A stretch of 64,000 nucleotides of DNA from Narcine bancroftii (lineage: Eukaryota): contig NC_091470.1 of the NCBI RefSeq assembly GCF_036971445.1, positions 51,584,001 to 51,648,000 on the forward strand. Direction: 5' to 3'. The notes beneath the pieces are model-generated. The model worked only from the letters and a program-made list of their open reading frames with translations, ran no database searches and was not told the origin of the DNA. Below, one piece after another: positions 49,413 to 62,256 of this stretch (positions within the stretch are counted from its first letter, which is position 1; every line of letters starts with the position of its first letter). The position numbers and the translations under genes were made by a program.

Positions 49413-52384
49413 AGCAAAAGTGCTCTTGTCCCACCTGTACATTTTGTGAAATCCAGTATTCAAAAACACATCATACAAAATCCCCTTTTACCATGCAAAT
49501 AGTGATTTAAATCAACTGAGTAACTGAAGGATATATCAGTGCTGTTCGAACAACTTAACTCCTCAAATGTTCCAAATATCAAGACATAGATTTTGAGTTG
49601 GACACAGAGCTTTGATATGGGAAACTGTTGATGGACAGGGCTTAATGGAAGATTGGACTTCAATTAACTTGGGAAAATCTTCCTGGTTAAAATGTAACAA
49701 TAATAAATATATTGTAATACAAATAAAGTGTCAATTGTTTACGCTTTTATATTTGCTTTCAGATTGGTGCCCCTTTTAGTGATTTTTGTGCGGTTTTTGA
49801 TTATTTGAAAATCTTTGACTCATGGATGCAAAACTTCAAACATTGATCAAAGTTGAATGAAAACTAAAGGCATCAGCATACTGACCAGCAAAGAAGCCAC
49901 TTTGACATCACTAGTGTGGATTTTTGAAAATGTCCGAATTAAAACTTTTAATTTGTAAATTCAGAGTTGAACACTGTTTAATTCCAGAACAAGGAAGAAT
50001 GAGGATTCTTCTTCCAGGGAGTCACATATTGCTTTACTTCAGTGTCTGGTAAGGACCTGTCTGTACATTCAAACTGCATTTATATTACAGCTGTAATGTC
50101 AGTGCAGAATGAGCTTATTTTGTGCCAACAACTAAATTGCATGATAATTACATCTTTGCTGAGATATATATGACACTATATTTTTTCATCTTTTTTCATG
50201 TGAAACAAATGCAATTTAGGTTGCCAATCCAGTTGTTGTCAAATTCACATTTTCAGGCAATTAAAATTTTTATAAATAAATTTCTGGTTTATTCTCTTAA
50301 AACTAATTTAATTTAATTGGATAATTGCATTTTTAACTGCAGGAAACAATTTAACATGATCAAAAATAGTTAATGATGAAAAAGTGTAAGAATTAGAACA
50401 AAAGTCAGTGTGATTCATTAAGTAATTAATGATTTTAAAATATTTGATAAATGAGGCAACCATGAGATTTGTGTACATAGTAACAATTAGGGTTATTAAA
50501 AGTGATATCCTGTCAAGTTTCTTTTGAGTCCCAACTGTTTGAGGAGAGCTGAGGTGCTCCCCTACAGAGTCAAGAGCAAATCAGATTTTACCCATCAAAC
50601 ATTCCACAATTTATATAATAGTTTTTACTTTGGGAAAATGCAACATTTTTATTTGTTCCATTGCAAGTGCAAGTTCTTTTCAGTGCATCTATATAGTTGT
50701 TTATCTGTCTCAGAATTTTACAGGAAAGAAGCAACCAACAGCATCTCAGCCTATATTTAGAAAAAAGATGCATTATCTGATGTCTCAAGATAATAGAATA
50801 CTTCTCCATTCAATGGATGTGGCTGCCACCCAGTGTAGGGACCTGGAGTAACACGTCAGATAAGTCGAGCAGCTTCCAATTCCATAAAAATGAACCTAAA
50901 CAACATTGCAAAGTGAATTCAAAGCCAAGTATTTATTTTAAGGTCAATGATATTTAAGCAGATAATAAAATACCAGTGTCTATCATGGAATTTGACTTTA
51001 TTCTAAACCCTTTAAAGGCATATTTTAAAAAAAAACCTTGCAGTAAAAAATGTGAAATCGAACTTTTAAAATAAATTGCTGGAATCTGTACCATCTAATC
51101 CTAACTACAGCTTTTGAAATATGTCTTCTGAGGTATTTCTTGTTTCTCTAAACCAAAAATGGATGAATAAAATGGAAAATATGTTATTTGGTATAAATAA
51201 AAAAAATATAAAGCAGTGGATCACATGTGCATGGATAGTATTTCTTTTATGCACAGAAGACTGTTCGTTTTCTTTTTATTTTGAAGATAAACAAATCATA
51301 ATTATGTTCTTGCTAACTTTGTTTACAAGGTAATCATGGGTATTTTCCATCTGTAAATATGCCTGATCAGAGACTAAAGTTCACAGCTCGGGGCTATGGA
51401 TAGATTTGTGGACTAACAGTGCACTTGAGAATCATCTATGTGTTTAGTAATTCATCCAATGTGAGGATTCCCAGAAGTTTAATTTCAATTGAAAGAAAAT
51501 CTAATTGCAGTTTTTCTGCTGCTAATTCATTTGATCTTTGAGCCTACAGTGTGCAATAACTGACAGCTTCATATTTGCTTAAAGATCATCTGTCGCCTAA
51601 TGCATTCCTGTAACTACCATCAGCCAAGGAATAGCACATGACCCTTGAGCTTTGCCAGGTCACAAATGCCACTTCTCCACAGACCTCAATGGAACATCTG
51701 GGATCTTGCATTGCCATTACAGTATTTCGGTAGTTCTCCCAAACACGACTGTCTTGTAACTTCACTCTCTTATTCCTTACACAACACAATGTAGTGGTTT
51801 TCCTGTTATCTACCCTATGCTTCTCAGTTCAAAAATTGATGCAGAATGATGTAATACTTGAAAGGTAAATGTAAATGGGTGTAAATACTGGATTTTATTG
51901 ATTGAATTGGTGGGACATTAGTAGTCCTGAGCTGCAGTTTGGAAATCACAGGTTTTCACTTGAGGCATGAAATTTATTATTTATTCTTGATTTATTTTAA
52001 CTTATCCATATTTCTGTGCTGGAATTTAACTGCAATCTATGCAAGTTGTGGGTGTCCAGAAGAAAACAAAACAGATTTAGGTTTACTCAATTTTATAAAT
52101 CCCAAAACTATCAAAAAGAAAATCCTCCATTTATATGGAACCTGTCATGATCTTAGGGGGCCCCAAACTGATCTACAGGCAATGAAAATCTTCTGAAGAA
52201 TGGTCCCTGGTCCTGGAAGCACAGCACCCAGTTCTGCCCCAATGATTGATTTCCCTCAACAATAATCTGATCAATACAAATAATCTCATTTTACATATGA
52301 ATATTTTCCATGGCATCAAGGTTAATACAACAGCTGCCTGAAATTGTGCCAGAGGGTCATTTCTATCCAAAGAGAAGGCTTAGG

Positions 52385-52545
52385 GGCTCATCTAAAGTGG
52401 CTCATCTAAAAGATGGTACTGCTGACAGTACAGCATCCCTTCTACACAATACTGGGGATCCTTCCAGAAATTCATGCCCAGGTCTGTGGATTGGGACTGA
52501 AAATAAAAATGTTTGACTCGGAGGAAAAACGCTTATAATTAAATG
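52385..52545. mobile_element. Ancient Deu-domain-like SINE relic
   Basis: ctcatctaaaagatggtactgctgacagtacagcatccct resembles the DeuSINE-type core. A weaker copy lies at ~48900-49030. Confidence 0.4.
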
Positions 52546-52689
52546 GATACTGTACTCCAAAATGAAGAGAAATAAAGGATTGGAGATCTAAGTTAGAGAT
52601 AGGAATCACCATTCTTTTTTCATATATTGTGCCAGCTTCAAAACCTCATTACAATCTACAGCTCAGTAATTTTTTAACTTTAGTCAAGA

Positions 52690-53040
52690 TTAACTTCAAT
52701 TTAATTGTCACATGTCCTGAGTACAGTTAGTAAGTTTGTTTTGCAAGCAATCTAGCTAAATCCAGGCATAGTATATTAGTAAAAACACAGCACAGATTGG
52801 AGAGTTACGGAGAGAGATCAGGTAGAACAGAGCAAATGCAATATTATTGTTGTGGTGTGAGGTTTGTTTAGGAGTCTGATAAAAGCAGAAAAGAAACTCC
52901 CTTGAGTCTTGTGGTATGCATTCTCACACTTGTGAATCTTTTTCCCAGAAGAAGGAGGGTGAACAATGTGTGGCCAGGTCAAGACGAGTCTATTAATACA
53001 CCGGATCTTTTTCAAAGCAACAGAAAATGTAGAAGGAGTT
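52690..53040 (-). mobile_element. Decayed Rex1/Babar 3' end
   Basis: Minus strand reads PSSGKK...KTQGSFFSAFIRLLN, followed by a tgacaattaaa tail. Confidence 0.6.
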
Positions 53041-53157
53041 AATGGAGGGGAGTTTGTGTGGTGGTTTGAGGTGCATTCGCTACTTTTAGTTCCTAAAGAA
53101 TCACATGTTTCTCAATTTCTTCCCCAGCCTCTTAGTTCCTTATTCCATAAGTTAGAG

Positions 53158-54800
53158 CAGTGGTTCCCAAACTTTTTCTGGCTCCCATGCCCTTGGCTCC
53201 CAGGCCACATCTCTAGCACCCTGCCCCCACATAAACCACACATATAACGAACACACATCTCTTTCTTGGTATTGGGTCTACTGCAAACTTAAAACAACTA
53301 TCTGTCTCACCCTTGTAACTTGTAGATAAATACTCATGGCCTTGTTGATTGTTGTGCCGTACCTGCTTGTCGTGATGCGGGTGGTAGGTACTGATTGAAC
53401 GAATCCATGAATTAACTTCGGTATTGTTTCGCAAACTTGTATCAGAACATTACAGGTCTGCATGCGGGTGTAAATGTGTCTCCTGTTACGTAATGGTGTC
53501 GTGTTTCATTCTGACACATAGTGAGGATTGACACGATTTAACAATCCTATCACAGATTGGTGCTACAAGAATGGTTCAAGGAAAAACAACTGGGCAATTG
53601 AGTGGGAGCGATGTTCTGGCAAAAGACTAAAATAAAGAGTCCCATGTGTACAGGGGACAGATCGTGGTTGATCAAAGATACTGCTGGGTTTGGCAGACTG
53701 GCCAGGATGCTGGAGGACATCGCAAGCCGGTGGAGTGGTCAAATAGCGTGGATTTGTAATCAGAGTTCACAGGATATAAGGGGAGCCACAGAAGGATCGT
53801 TTGACTGCTGACAATCTTCCTGTGGCACTGACCTGAAGCCTTGCAACAAAAGGAACACTATATCCCCCAGTTAAATTTGAGGTGTAAACACTGCTGCAGC
53901 CTTGCTCCCAATGGGGAAACATGGGCCAGAGAGAATAAAGGCATGCAGCTAGCGTACAGGCTGGTCAATGTTCGGTAGTATGAGCTATGGCTACATGGCT
54001 GATCCAGATCTGGGATGCAGTTGGTACCAGTGTGAGTTTACCCCATCGGAAGCAGGTATTTGGGTAGGTTATACAGTCAGAAAGCCGTCTGAGACCATGG
54101 AGGGTAACACATCTCTTTGGGATGTGATTAGGGCCCTTAGTGACTGGGCTCTAGTTACTGGACTATATGAGGGTGCCCACGGTGATGAGTCCCCTGAAGG
54201 CTCCGGATTACCACTGCAGTGATGGAACACCTGGTTACCACTGTCCTTCAGTGTCTGAAGAGGATTGTGCTGTCTTTAATCTGTCCAGTGATTGGTAAGA
54301 CAGTGAGGGAGACTGCTGGAAAGGCTGGAGTACTTGCAAAGGGCTGTGTATGTTCGGGCCTGGAAGGTAGAAAAGAATGTAGGGCTAACTTACGACCGGA
54401 TTAACGCAATATTCGCTTTCTGGAATCTGGAAGGAGCATTGGACGGGATCCATCCGTAAAGAGCGCGGGTTGGGCCATTCCCCATCGGCGCCTCCTCCAG
54501 GCCATATCAAGGCCCTGCGTGCATTCATCAATGCCCTGCAGGAAGCAATGGTGGAGTTTTAGTGTCAGAAAGAGTGGACCAATGTATGGTGATGGTCCAC
54601 TCCGCTGGAGTAGGATTGTAACTAGAACTCCCAGCGGATTCGTTCAACCATCATTTCCCGGTTGGGAATTTCTGGGATGACTATCCCAGACCATGTGACC
54701 AAGATACAAACAAATGTTCGATCCATCCCATTTTTCTTCACTGCCCCCTTTCTCCTCATCGCCCCCTTGAATCTTTCCACCACCCTTTTAGGAATCACTA
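53158..54800. mobile_element. hAT (Charlie-like) non-autonomous element carrying ~1.4 kb of unrelated cargo
   Basis: Left end cagtggttcccaaac and degenerate right end ttttaggaatcacta. Flanks agttagag / acttagca resemble a decayed 8-bp TSD with central TA. Subterminal gcccc repeats occur at both ends. Confidence 0.6.
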
Positions 54801-55099
54801 ACTTAGCAATTTTGCCATTCTGCTCTACTATTTATTTATGTTGATGAACAGCTATTGGTTGGCAGGTGCCAGCTGATTGTGGCATCAGCTAAATGCTGAA
54901 ATTGAAGATGAAAGTGGTTAAGAGGCCCATCACATCTTACCTCCTGCTTCAACACCGGTCTTACCTGGAGTTGAGTAGTGTAGCATATTTTATCCCTTGC
55001 ATCTGATTCTCAAAGGCAGGCTCAATGAAATTACTGAATACTTTCCCTTCATTTTAATGTTTTTGATTATGTTTTAGTTTTTAAATTTTGTGTTTGGAG

Positions 55100-55480
55100 A
55101 CTAAGCTCGTTATTTATTAACTCACTCACTGAAGCAAGTGGAGGATGGTCTCTGTACTTACCATCAGCAAAATAAATATGCTGGACCAATCTGGCCCCTC
55201 TGTCCCAATACCACCTTCTGACAATAAACAAGCACAAAAAGACCTGGAAAGCATGAAGTCCTTCCCATATCTCAGTGACCTCCTCTTCAATTATGAATTT
55301 CACCATTGACATTAGGTGCACCAACACAGCCTTTGATAAACTGAGGAAAAGTATATGTGAAGATCAAGACCTCAAATCAAACTCAAAACAGTAGGTCTAC
55401 CAGGCAACAATGATACCTGCCCTCCTGTATGAGGCGTGGACACCTCAAAGCATTAGTAAGAAGCCAATGTCACTGCCTCA
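55100..55480 (+). mobile_element. Old RTE-like RT relic
   Basis: FPYLSDL...AFDKLRKSICEDQDL...VYQATMIPALLY, homologous to the RTE region seen at 56450-56630. Confidence 0.65.
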
Positions 55481-55837
55481 GTTGATCTAGATTCTTGTCG
55501 TGCTTCATTAATCTTTCCTAACCTCTTCAAAGCCTTTATCCTTTTAGTTGATCAAAAGATTGTTGATAATTCTTGATCTTCATTGACTCTTGAATTTCTA
55601 TTTCCCCTCTCTCCCCCAGCACCCTATTGGACTTGCTTGTTAATTGCAGTAGCATCATTTTATAGTAGTTCCTCAGTGAATGGTGGCCAGTTAATGTGAC
55701 ATTAGCTCTACTTCACTCTGAGGTGAACCGAGACGAATCATGTGCAACCAGAGTACATTTTGAATGGTGACCTTCAAATAATTCATTGCATGTCAAATTT
55801 TTTCTCATATTAAAAGGTTTGGTGAAATTCCTATTTT

Positions 55838-56630
55838 CTCTCTTTGGCTTGGCTTCGCGGACGAAGATTTATGGAGGAGTAATGTCCACGTCAGCTGCAG
55901 GCTCGTTTGTGACTGACAAGTCCGATGCGGGACAGGCAGATACGGTTGCAGCGGTTGCAAGGGAAAATTGGTTGGTTGGGGTTGGGTGTTGGGTTTTTCC
56001 TCCTTTGTCTTTTGTCAGTGAGGTGGGCTCTGCGGTCTTCTTCAAAGGAGGTTGCTGCCCGCCGAACTGTGAGGCGCCAAGATGCATGGTTTGAGGCAAT
56101 ATCAGCCCACTGGCGGAGGTCAATGTGGCAGGCACCAAGAGATTTCTTTAGGCAGTCCTTGTACCTCTTCTTTGGTGCACCTCTGTCTCGGTGGCCAGTG
56201 GAGAGCTCGCCATATAACACGATCTTGGGAAGGCGATGGTCCTCCATTCTGGAGACATGACCTACCCAGCGCAGTTGGATCTTCAGCAGCATGGATTCGA
56301 TGCTGTCGGCTTCTGCAATCTCGAGTACTTCGATGTTGTTGATGAAGTTGCTCCAATGAATGTTGAGGATGGTGCGGAGACAACACTGGTGGAAGCGTTC
56401 TAGGAGCCGTAGGTGATGCCAGTAGAGGACCCATGATTCGGAGCCGAACAGGTGTGTGGGTATGACAACGGCTCTGTATACGCTAATCTTTGTGAGGTTT
56501 TTCAGTTGGTTGTTCTTCCAGACTCTTTTGTGTAGTCTTCCAAAGGCGCTATTTGCCTTGGCGAGTCTGTTGTCTATCTCATTGTCGATCCTTGCATCCG
56601 ATGAAATGGTGCAGCCGAGATAGGTAAACT
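55838..56630 (-). mobile_element. RTE (BovB-like) LINE, 5'-truncated
   Basis: LKIQLRWVGHVSRMEDHRLPKIVLYGELSTG...CNRCNRICLSRIGLVSHKRACS, highly similar to 26386-27163. Confidence 0.93.
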
Positions 56631-57554
56631 CCTTGAGTTGGTATTACTTCTCTTGCTCTGAGGCCACTGCTGACACATGAAACATCATCAATTTAATAAG
56701 TTTCTAAGCTTATCACTAGCATTTGCACAAAAGCTACACCATAACTAGGTCACTGATTTCCTTGGAGAACTTTGGTTTAAGAATTCTTGCATATTTTATC
56801 TCTGAACACTTCAAATTTCCTCTCTTCTTAGATATTGACTGTCATGGATTGCTTTTCTCTGTCTAAAATTAATCCCCTGTCTCCCAAAGCTAAGCTGACA
56901 GTGTCCCAAGGATGTCATTAATATCTAAGCATTTTTGGAATATCTTACATCTTTCTCAGTTGCAGAGATCCTCAGGGAGCTGCTAATTAAGTTTCCATTT
57001 TTGTGACTGGATAATCTATGGATTAAATCCAAGCAAGTTTCGTAGATGATGATCAGAAACAGAAATAATATCAATAGTCACACTTCAAGGTTCAGAGATT
57101 AGGAGACCATTGGAGAATCAAGATGGAAATAAATCCACTGGAGAAATAAATTGTGAAAAGTGGAATGAAATAATTATACTTGAAGCAAAGCAATTGCTGA
57201 AAGGAAATCTCTGAATCCCCATTCACAAAAATAGTCACAAGAACAAAATGGTTGATCAGTCCACATTTTTCCTAATAAAACAGTTATAAAATAAATTCTC
57301 TATTGGAAATGCACTGACGTTGTTGGGTAGTGAGAAGGAACAAAACTATATTAGCCCTCTCCTGATCTCTGTCCTAATTATAATTTGTTTTGGAGGTCTT
57401 CCAATAAATCAGCCTACTCCTGTCAATCTGGAATCTCACAGAATAAAGTTGCTTCATTTCATTATGGGTGTCAGCCATGACTCAGTGGAAAATCATTACC
57501 TCGAATCAGAAGCTTGGCGATAAAAATGCCCTTGCACAGACCTATGAGCAAATT

Positions 57555-57660
57555 TTTAAATTTTAAATGTAGACGTACAGCGCAGTAACAGACCCTTTCG
57601 GCTCAAGTCTGCTGCCCAATTGACCTACTACCCTGGTATGATTTGAACAGTGGGAGGAAT
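57555..57660 (-). mobile_element. tRNA-SINE 3' fragment
   Basis: Shares tttaaat...tagac.tacagc.cagtaacag.ccctttcggc with 30085 and 35115. Confidence 0.6.
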
Positions 57661-57840
57661 GTAGACTACAATCTGGTGAAAGTCTAAAGGTCTTTTGAAT
57701 TCGTTGAAAATATTGGAAACCAGAACACTTGATGGACTAACTATTAAAGTTCAAGTTTATTTATTATCCAATTATACTAGTACAACCAGCCGAAATACCA
57801 TTCTCTGGACCTCAGTGCAACACATTGCAAATGCACATAT

Positions 57841-58193
57841 TGTGGCGGCCTGCCACTGCGGCGATCAAGCCGGCAGACTGGGCAGCAAGCACAACCAAAG
57901 GCCAGCAGTCTGCGCAGTGACACTGGCCCCAACAAGCGAACCGGCGAGATGCAAGGGCATCCTAAAGGCCAATGACCCCAAAATGGTGCTAGTCTTGCTG
58001 CGCAACCATCAGACAGGGACAGTGTGTGGGGAAGAAGGGAATTGTTATGCAGGAAAGTACCTGCACGTGGGAAACCCACCTTCGTTATGCAGATCATGAC
58101 ATCAGTAAAGGGGAGGGGGCAACAGTGGGAATGGTGCAAGTATAAAAGTCAGGCCTGAGCTCCCAATAAAAAACAGAACTTAACCTGACAACA

Positions 58194-58252
<59 letters not shown>

Positions 58253-58277
58253 TTCTTTCAAGTAGCGCACAGCTACA
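57841..58277 (+). repeat. 5' LTR followed by a tRNA-Trp-like PBS
   Basis: TATAAAA at 58141, AATAAA at 58165, ends gctaca. Next comes tagtgacccc (58280-58289), one mismatch from TGGTGACCCC. Confidence 0.9.
58197..58250. repeat. (TG)27 microsatellite in the 5' LTR
   Basis: 54 nt of perfect TG repeat. Confidence 0.97.
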
Positions 58278-61200
58278 ATTAGTGACCCCCAATGGTTTAG
58301 ACAGCATCTAAACCCAACAATGAATAAACAGGCAGCGTCAACTCGGTCGCTCTCAAGCTGCCGACCTTCTGGTTGAATCAACCATGCGTGTGGTTTGACC
58401 AGGCTGAGGCACAGTTTCAGATCTGGCAGATCACAGCAGAATCCATCTGATACTACAACATGGTGAGCACCCTGGACCAGGATACAGCAGGCCGGGTGGC
58501 CAACTTCATCCATCGGAAGGCACATACACCGCTTTCAAGGACTTGCTGATCAAAACGTTTGGGCTTTCACAGTGTGAGAGAAGGGCACATCTGTTCCACC
58601 TAGATGGGCTAGGGAACAGGTCCTCGTCAGCCCTCATGAACAAGATGGTAGCCCTCCTGGGCAAACACAAGCCCTGCATTGTGTTTGAGCAGCCATTCTT
58701 GGAGCAATTGCCCGAGGACGTCCAACTGCTCATGGCTGATGTAGACTTCAGCAACCCCTGGAAAGTTGCAGCATGAGCGGACGTTCTGTGGAAACCGAAG
58801 AGAGAATGCTTGGCGGCCGTGGGGCTCATCACTAAACCCTGCAGCCAGACCTGTGCAGACCTGCCGAGAGAACAGCAGCCCCCCCAGAGGAGGTGATCCC
58901 AATGACAAGTGGTGTTTCTACCACCAGAAATGGGGCACCGGAGCCTGCCAGTGCCGTCACCAGGCTCATTTCAGGGAAACGCCAGAGCCAGCCGTTGCTA
59001 ATGGCCATGACGGTTGGCCAACAAGATACCCTTCTGTATGTTTGGTTCTGCCAGTCTGGGTGATGCTTCCTCATAGACACAGAAGCAGAGGTCAGCATCC
59101 TGCCCCCGTTGGGTCAGGACTCCAGGAACGGGCAATTGGCCCCCACACTGAGGGCTGCCTCTTCTCGTGGGTGTTCCTGCTGGCCACAGTGGAGCAGCAG
59201 CTCCTCGTGATAGACTTCCTTCACGCCCACAGCCTGCTAGTGGACCTCAAGGGAAGGGAATTGGTCCACACCAAGACTTCAAACCTTCCCCCTCAAAGAT
59301 GGCAGGCTCCCAGCACTCCACCTGAACTCCAAACAGAGACCAGACAACAAGAACGCCAGGGTATTGGCCGAGTTTCCTGCAGAGCTCACCCCCCAATTCA
59401 CCGCGGCAATGCCCCGACATGGAGTACATCCTGACCCATGAGGGCAGGTTGCCTTCCTCCAAAGAAACTCCAGCTGGCGAAGAAGGAATTCAGGAAGCTG
59501 GAGGAGCTCAGCATCATACGATGGTCGGACAGCCCATGGGCTTCTCCCCTGCATATGGTACCCAAAGCAACTGGGGGCTGGAGACCATGCGGCAACTACC
59601 GCTGGCTCAACAAGGCCACAACACCAGATTGGTACCCCATGCTGCACATTCAGGACTTTGCGGCTAACCTGCACAGGGCAAGGATCTTCTCCATGGTGGA
59701 CCTCATGCAGGGATATCATCAGATCCCAGTACACCCCGATGATATCACCAAGACGGCCATCATCACCCCATTCGGCCTCTTTGAATTCTTTTGAATGCCG
59801 TTTGGGCTAAAGAATGCTGCACAGACCATCTAGCAACTCATGGATGCAGTTGGCCTAGACCTGGACAGCACCTTTGTGTACCTGGGCAACATCCTGGTGG
59901 CGAGCAGGAGCCAACAGGAACATATGACACATCTCCACAACCTCAATGCCCAACTGTGTGAGTTCGGCCTGATGATCAACCTAGCCAAATGCCATTTCAG
60001 ATTGGAGGCCATCAACTTCCTGGGCCTCAGGATAACCAGGGAAGAAGCCACACTGCTACCCTTAAAGTGGAGGCCATCTGGAAGTTTCCTAGGCCCAACA
60101 CGACCGAGTTACTACAGGAGTCTGTGGGGATGATCAACTTCTACCACAGGTTCATCCCTTCAGCTGCCAGGATCATGCTGCCCTTGTTCACCTGGATGGC
60201 AAGCAAGGCAAAGAACATCACCTGAGATGAGGAGTTAGCAGAAGTCTTCGTGAATGGACGCCACTATCCTGGCACATCCCAGGGCAGACACTCCAATGGT
60301 CCTGATGGTGGACGCCTCAGGACTGTGATCGGCAGGGTTCTGGAGCAGCAGATTGAAGGAAGTTGGCGACCACTGGCTTTCTACAGCAAACATCTGCGGT
60401 CTCCAGAACTGAAGTACAGTGCTTTCAGCACTTAGCCATCCGCCACTTCAGGTACTTCCTAAATGGCAGGTCACAAGCCCCTGACTTTCACCTTGACTTA
60501 GATCTCGGACCCCTGGTCAGCCCACCAGCAACGACACCTGTCTCAGAATACACCACAGATGGAAGGCTCATCTCTGGCAAGGACAACATGGTGGCCGAGG
60601 CACCATCCAGGCAAAGTATCCACGCACTATCAAGAGGAATGGACTTTGTGGCACTGGCGGAGGCGCAACAGAGGGACAAAGAGATGCCCCATTACAGGAT
60701 TGCCATATCAGGACTGAAGCTGCAGGACATCCCAGTCAGCACAGGTAACACCACCCTCCTGTGCATTGTGGCCACCAGTCAGGTCAGACCTATTGTCCCG
60801 ACAGCTTGTAGGTGGCAGGTTTTTGATTCCACCCATGGACTGGCTCACCCATCCATCAGGGCCAGCCACAGTCTGGCTGGTGACCAGCAAATGTGTGTGG
60901 CATGGATTCCAGAAACAGGTCAGAGGGTGGGCGAAGGCATGCATGCAATGCCAAACAACCAAGGTACAGCAGCATACGAAAACCCTACCTTAGCACTTTG
61001 AGCCCGCAAATCGAAGGTTCAACCACATCCACGTGGACATAGTTGGACCTTTGCCAGTATCCGAGGGTTTCCACTAGCTGTTCACATTAGTCGACCACTT
61101 CACCAGGTGGCCAGAAGCACTCATCCTGGCAGACACATTCATGACCTCGTGGACCAGGGCCCTCATCTCGTCCTGGGTGGCACAGTTCAGTTTACCAACT

Positions 61201-61894
61201 CACATCACATTCAACAGAGGGGCCCAGTTCACCTCCAGTCTGTAGTCCAACCTCACCAGCCTGTGGGGTGCCCAACTGCATCACACAACAGCCTATCACC
61301 CACAGTCCAATAGGTTGGTGGAGCACTTACACAGGCACCTTAAAACTGCACTGGTGACCAGACTTAGAGGACCTAACTGGGTAGACAAGCTACCATGGGT
61401 ACTGTTGAGTATCCGCATGGCACCCAAGGAGGACCTCAACACCTCTTCGGCCAAACTCGTTTAAGGAGCTCCACTGGTGGTCCCAGGAGAATTTGTGCCA
61501 TCCCCAAGTGGACAGCCAAATGACTCAGCAGCATTCCTCAGCAGGCTAAGGGAAAGAGTCGGCAACCTGGCCCTGGCTCCACCTTCCAGACACAGACACG
61601 TGAGGACAAACGTAGACTTTCAGGACTGTGAGTATGTTTTCATTCACAGGGGTTGACATCATTCACAGCTGCAGAAGCTATATGAGGGTCCGTTCCTTAA
61701 CAACAGGGCCATGTTCGAGCTGGAATTTGGAGGAAGACAGAGGTAGGTCTTCACCATAGACAGGCTAAAGCCGGTACACCTGGACCCGGCATGCCCGGTT
61801 GAGATACCAGCACCACGCCGGAGAGGCAGACCACCGAAGCCTGCAGAGACTTTGCCTCTGGGCACCAAGGACAATACTGCCGGTTCTGGGAGGA

Positions 61895-62256
61895 TGGGTC
61901 ATCAAGCCAGTGCTCCGGACGGTGAGCACAACCAAAGGCCAGCAGCCCGTGCAGCAGCACTGGACCCAAGAAGAGAACTAGCGAGCAAATGGCAAGGGCA
62001 GTTTAAAGGCCAGTGACCCCAAAATGGGGCTGACCTTGCTGCACAGTAAACAGGCAGGTGAAGAAGGGAATTGTTATGCAGGAAAGTACCCACACGTGAG
62101 AAACCCACTTTTGTTATGGGGTCACAAATTCAGTAAAGGGGGCAACGATGGAAATGGTGCAAGTGTAAAAGTCAGGCCTGAGCCACCAATAAAACACAGT
62201 GCTTAACCTGACTACACTATGTGTGTGTGTCTTCTTTCGAGTTGCGCGCGGCTACA
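61895..62256 (+). repeat. 3' LTR
   Basis: Colinear with the 5' LTR from atcaagcc onward, preceded by the PPT-like ctgggagga. The first ~20 nt are deleted or diverged. Confidence 0.88.

Larger units (their letters stand above)
57841..62256 (+). mobile_element. Ty3/Gypsy LTR retrotransposon, near full length and decayed
   Basis: TG...CA termini with ATAT TSD (57837-57840, 62257-62260). Gag ALKLPTFW...WFDQAEAQF, protease FLIDTEAEVSILP, RT SPWASPLHMVPK...WRPCGNYR and FVYLGNILVAS, RNase H VDASG, integrase HGLAHP / CMQC / HIHVDIVGPLP, in PR-RT-RH-IN order. No env seen. Confidence 0.95.

Noticed and set aside
54693-54700. atgtgacc matching the rotavirus 3' terminal consensus
   Set aside because: It is only 8 nt, with no matching 5' terminus or protein similarity, so chance is likely.
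58766-59434. 222-aa ORF as an env or accessory gene
   Set aside because: It is a frameshifted composite of the Gypsy gag end and protease region.
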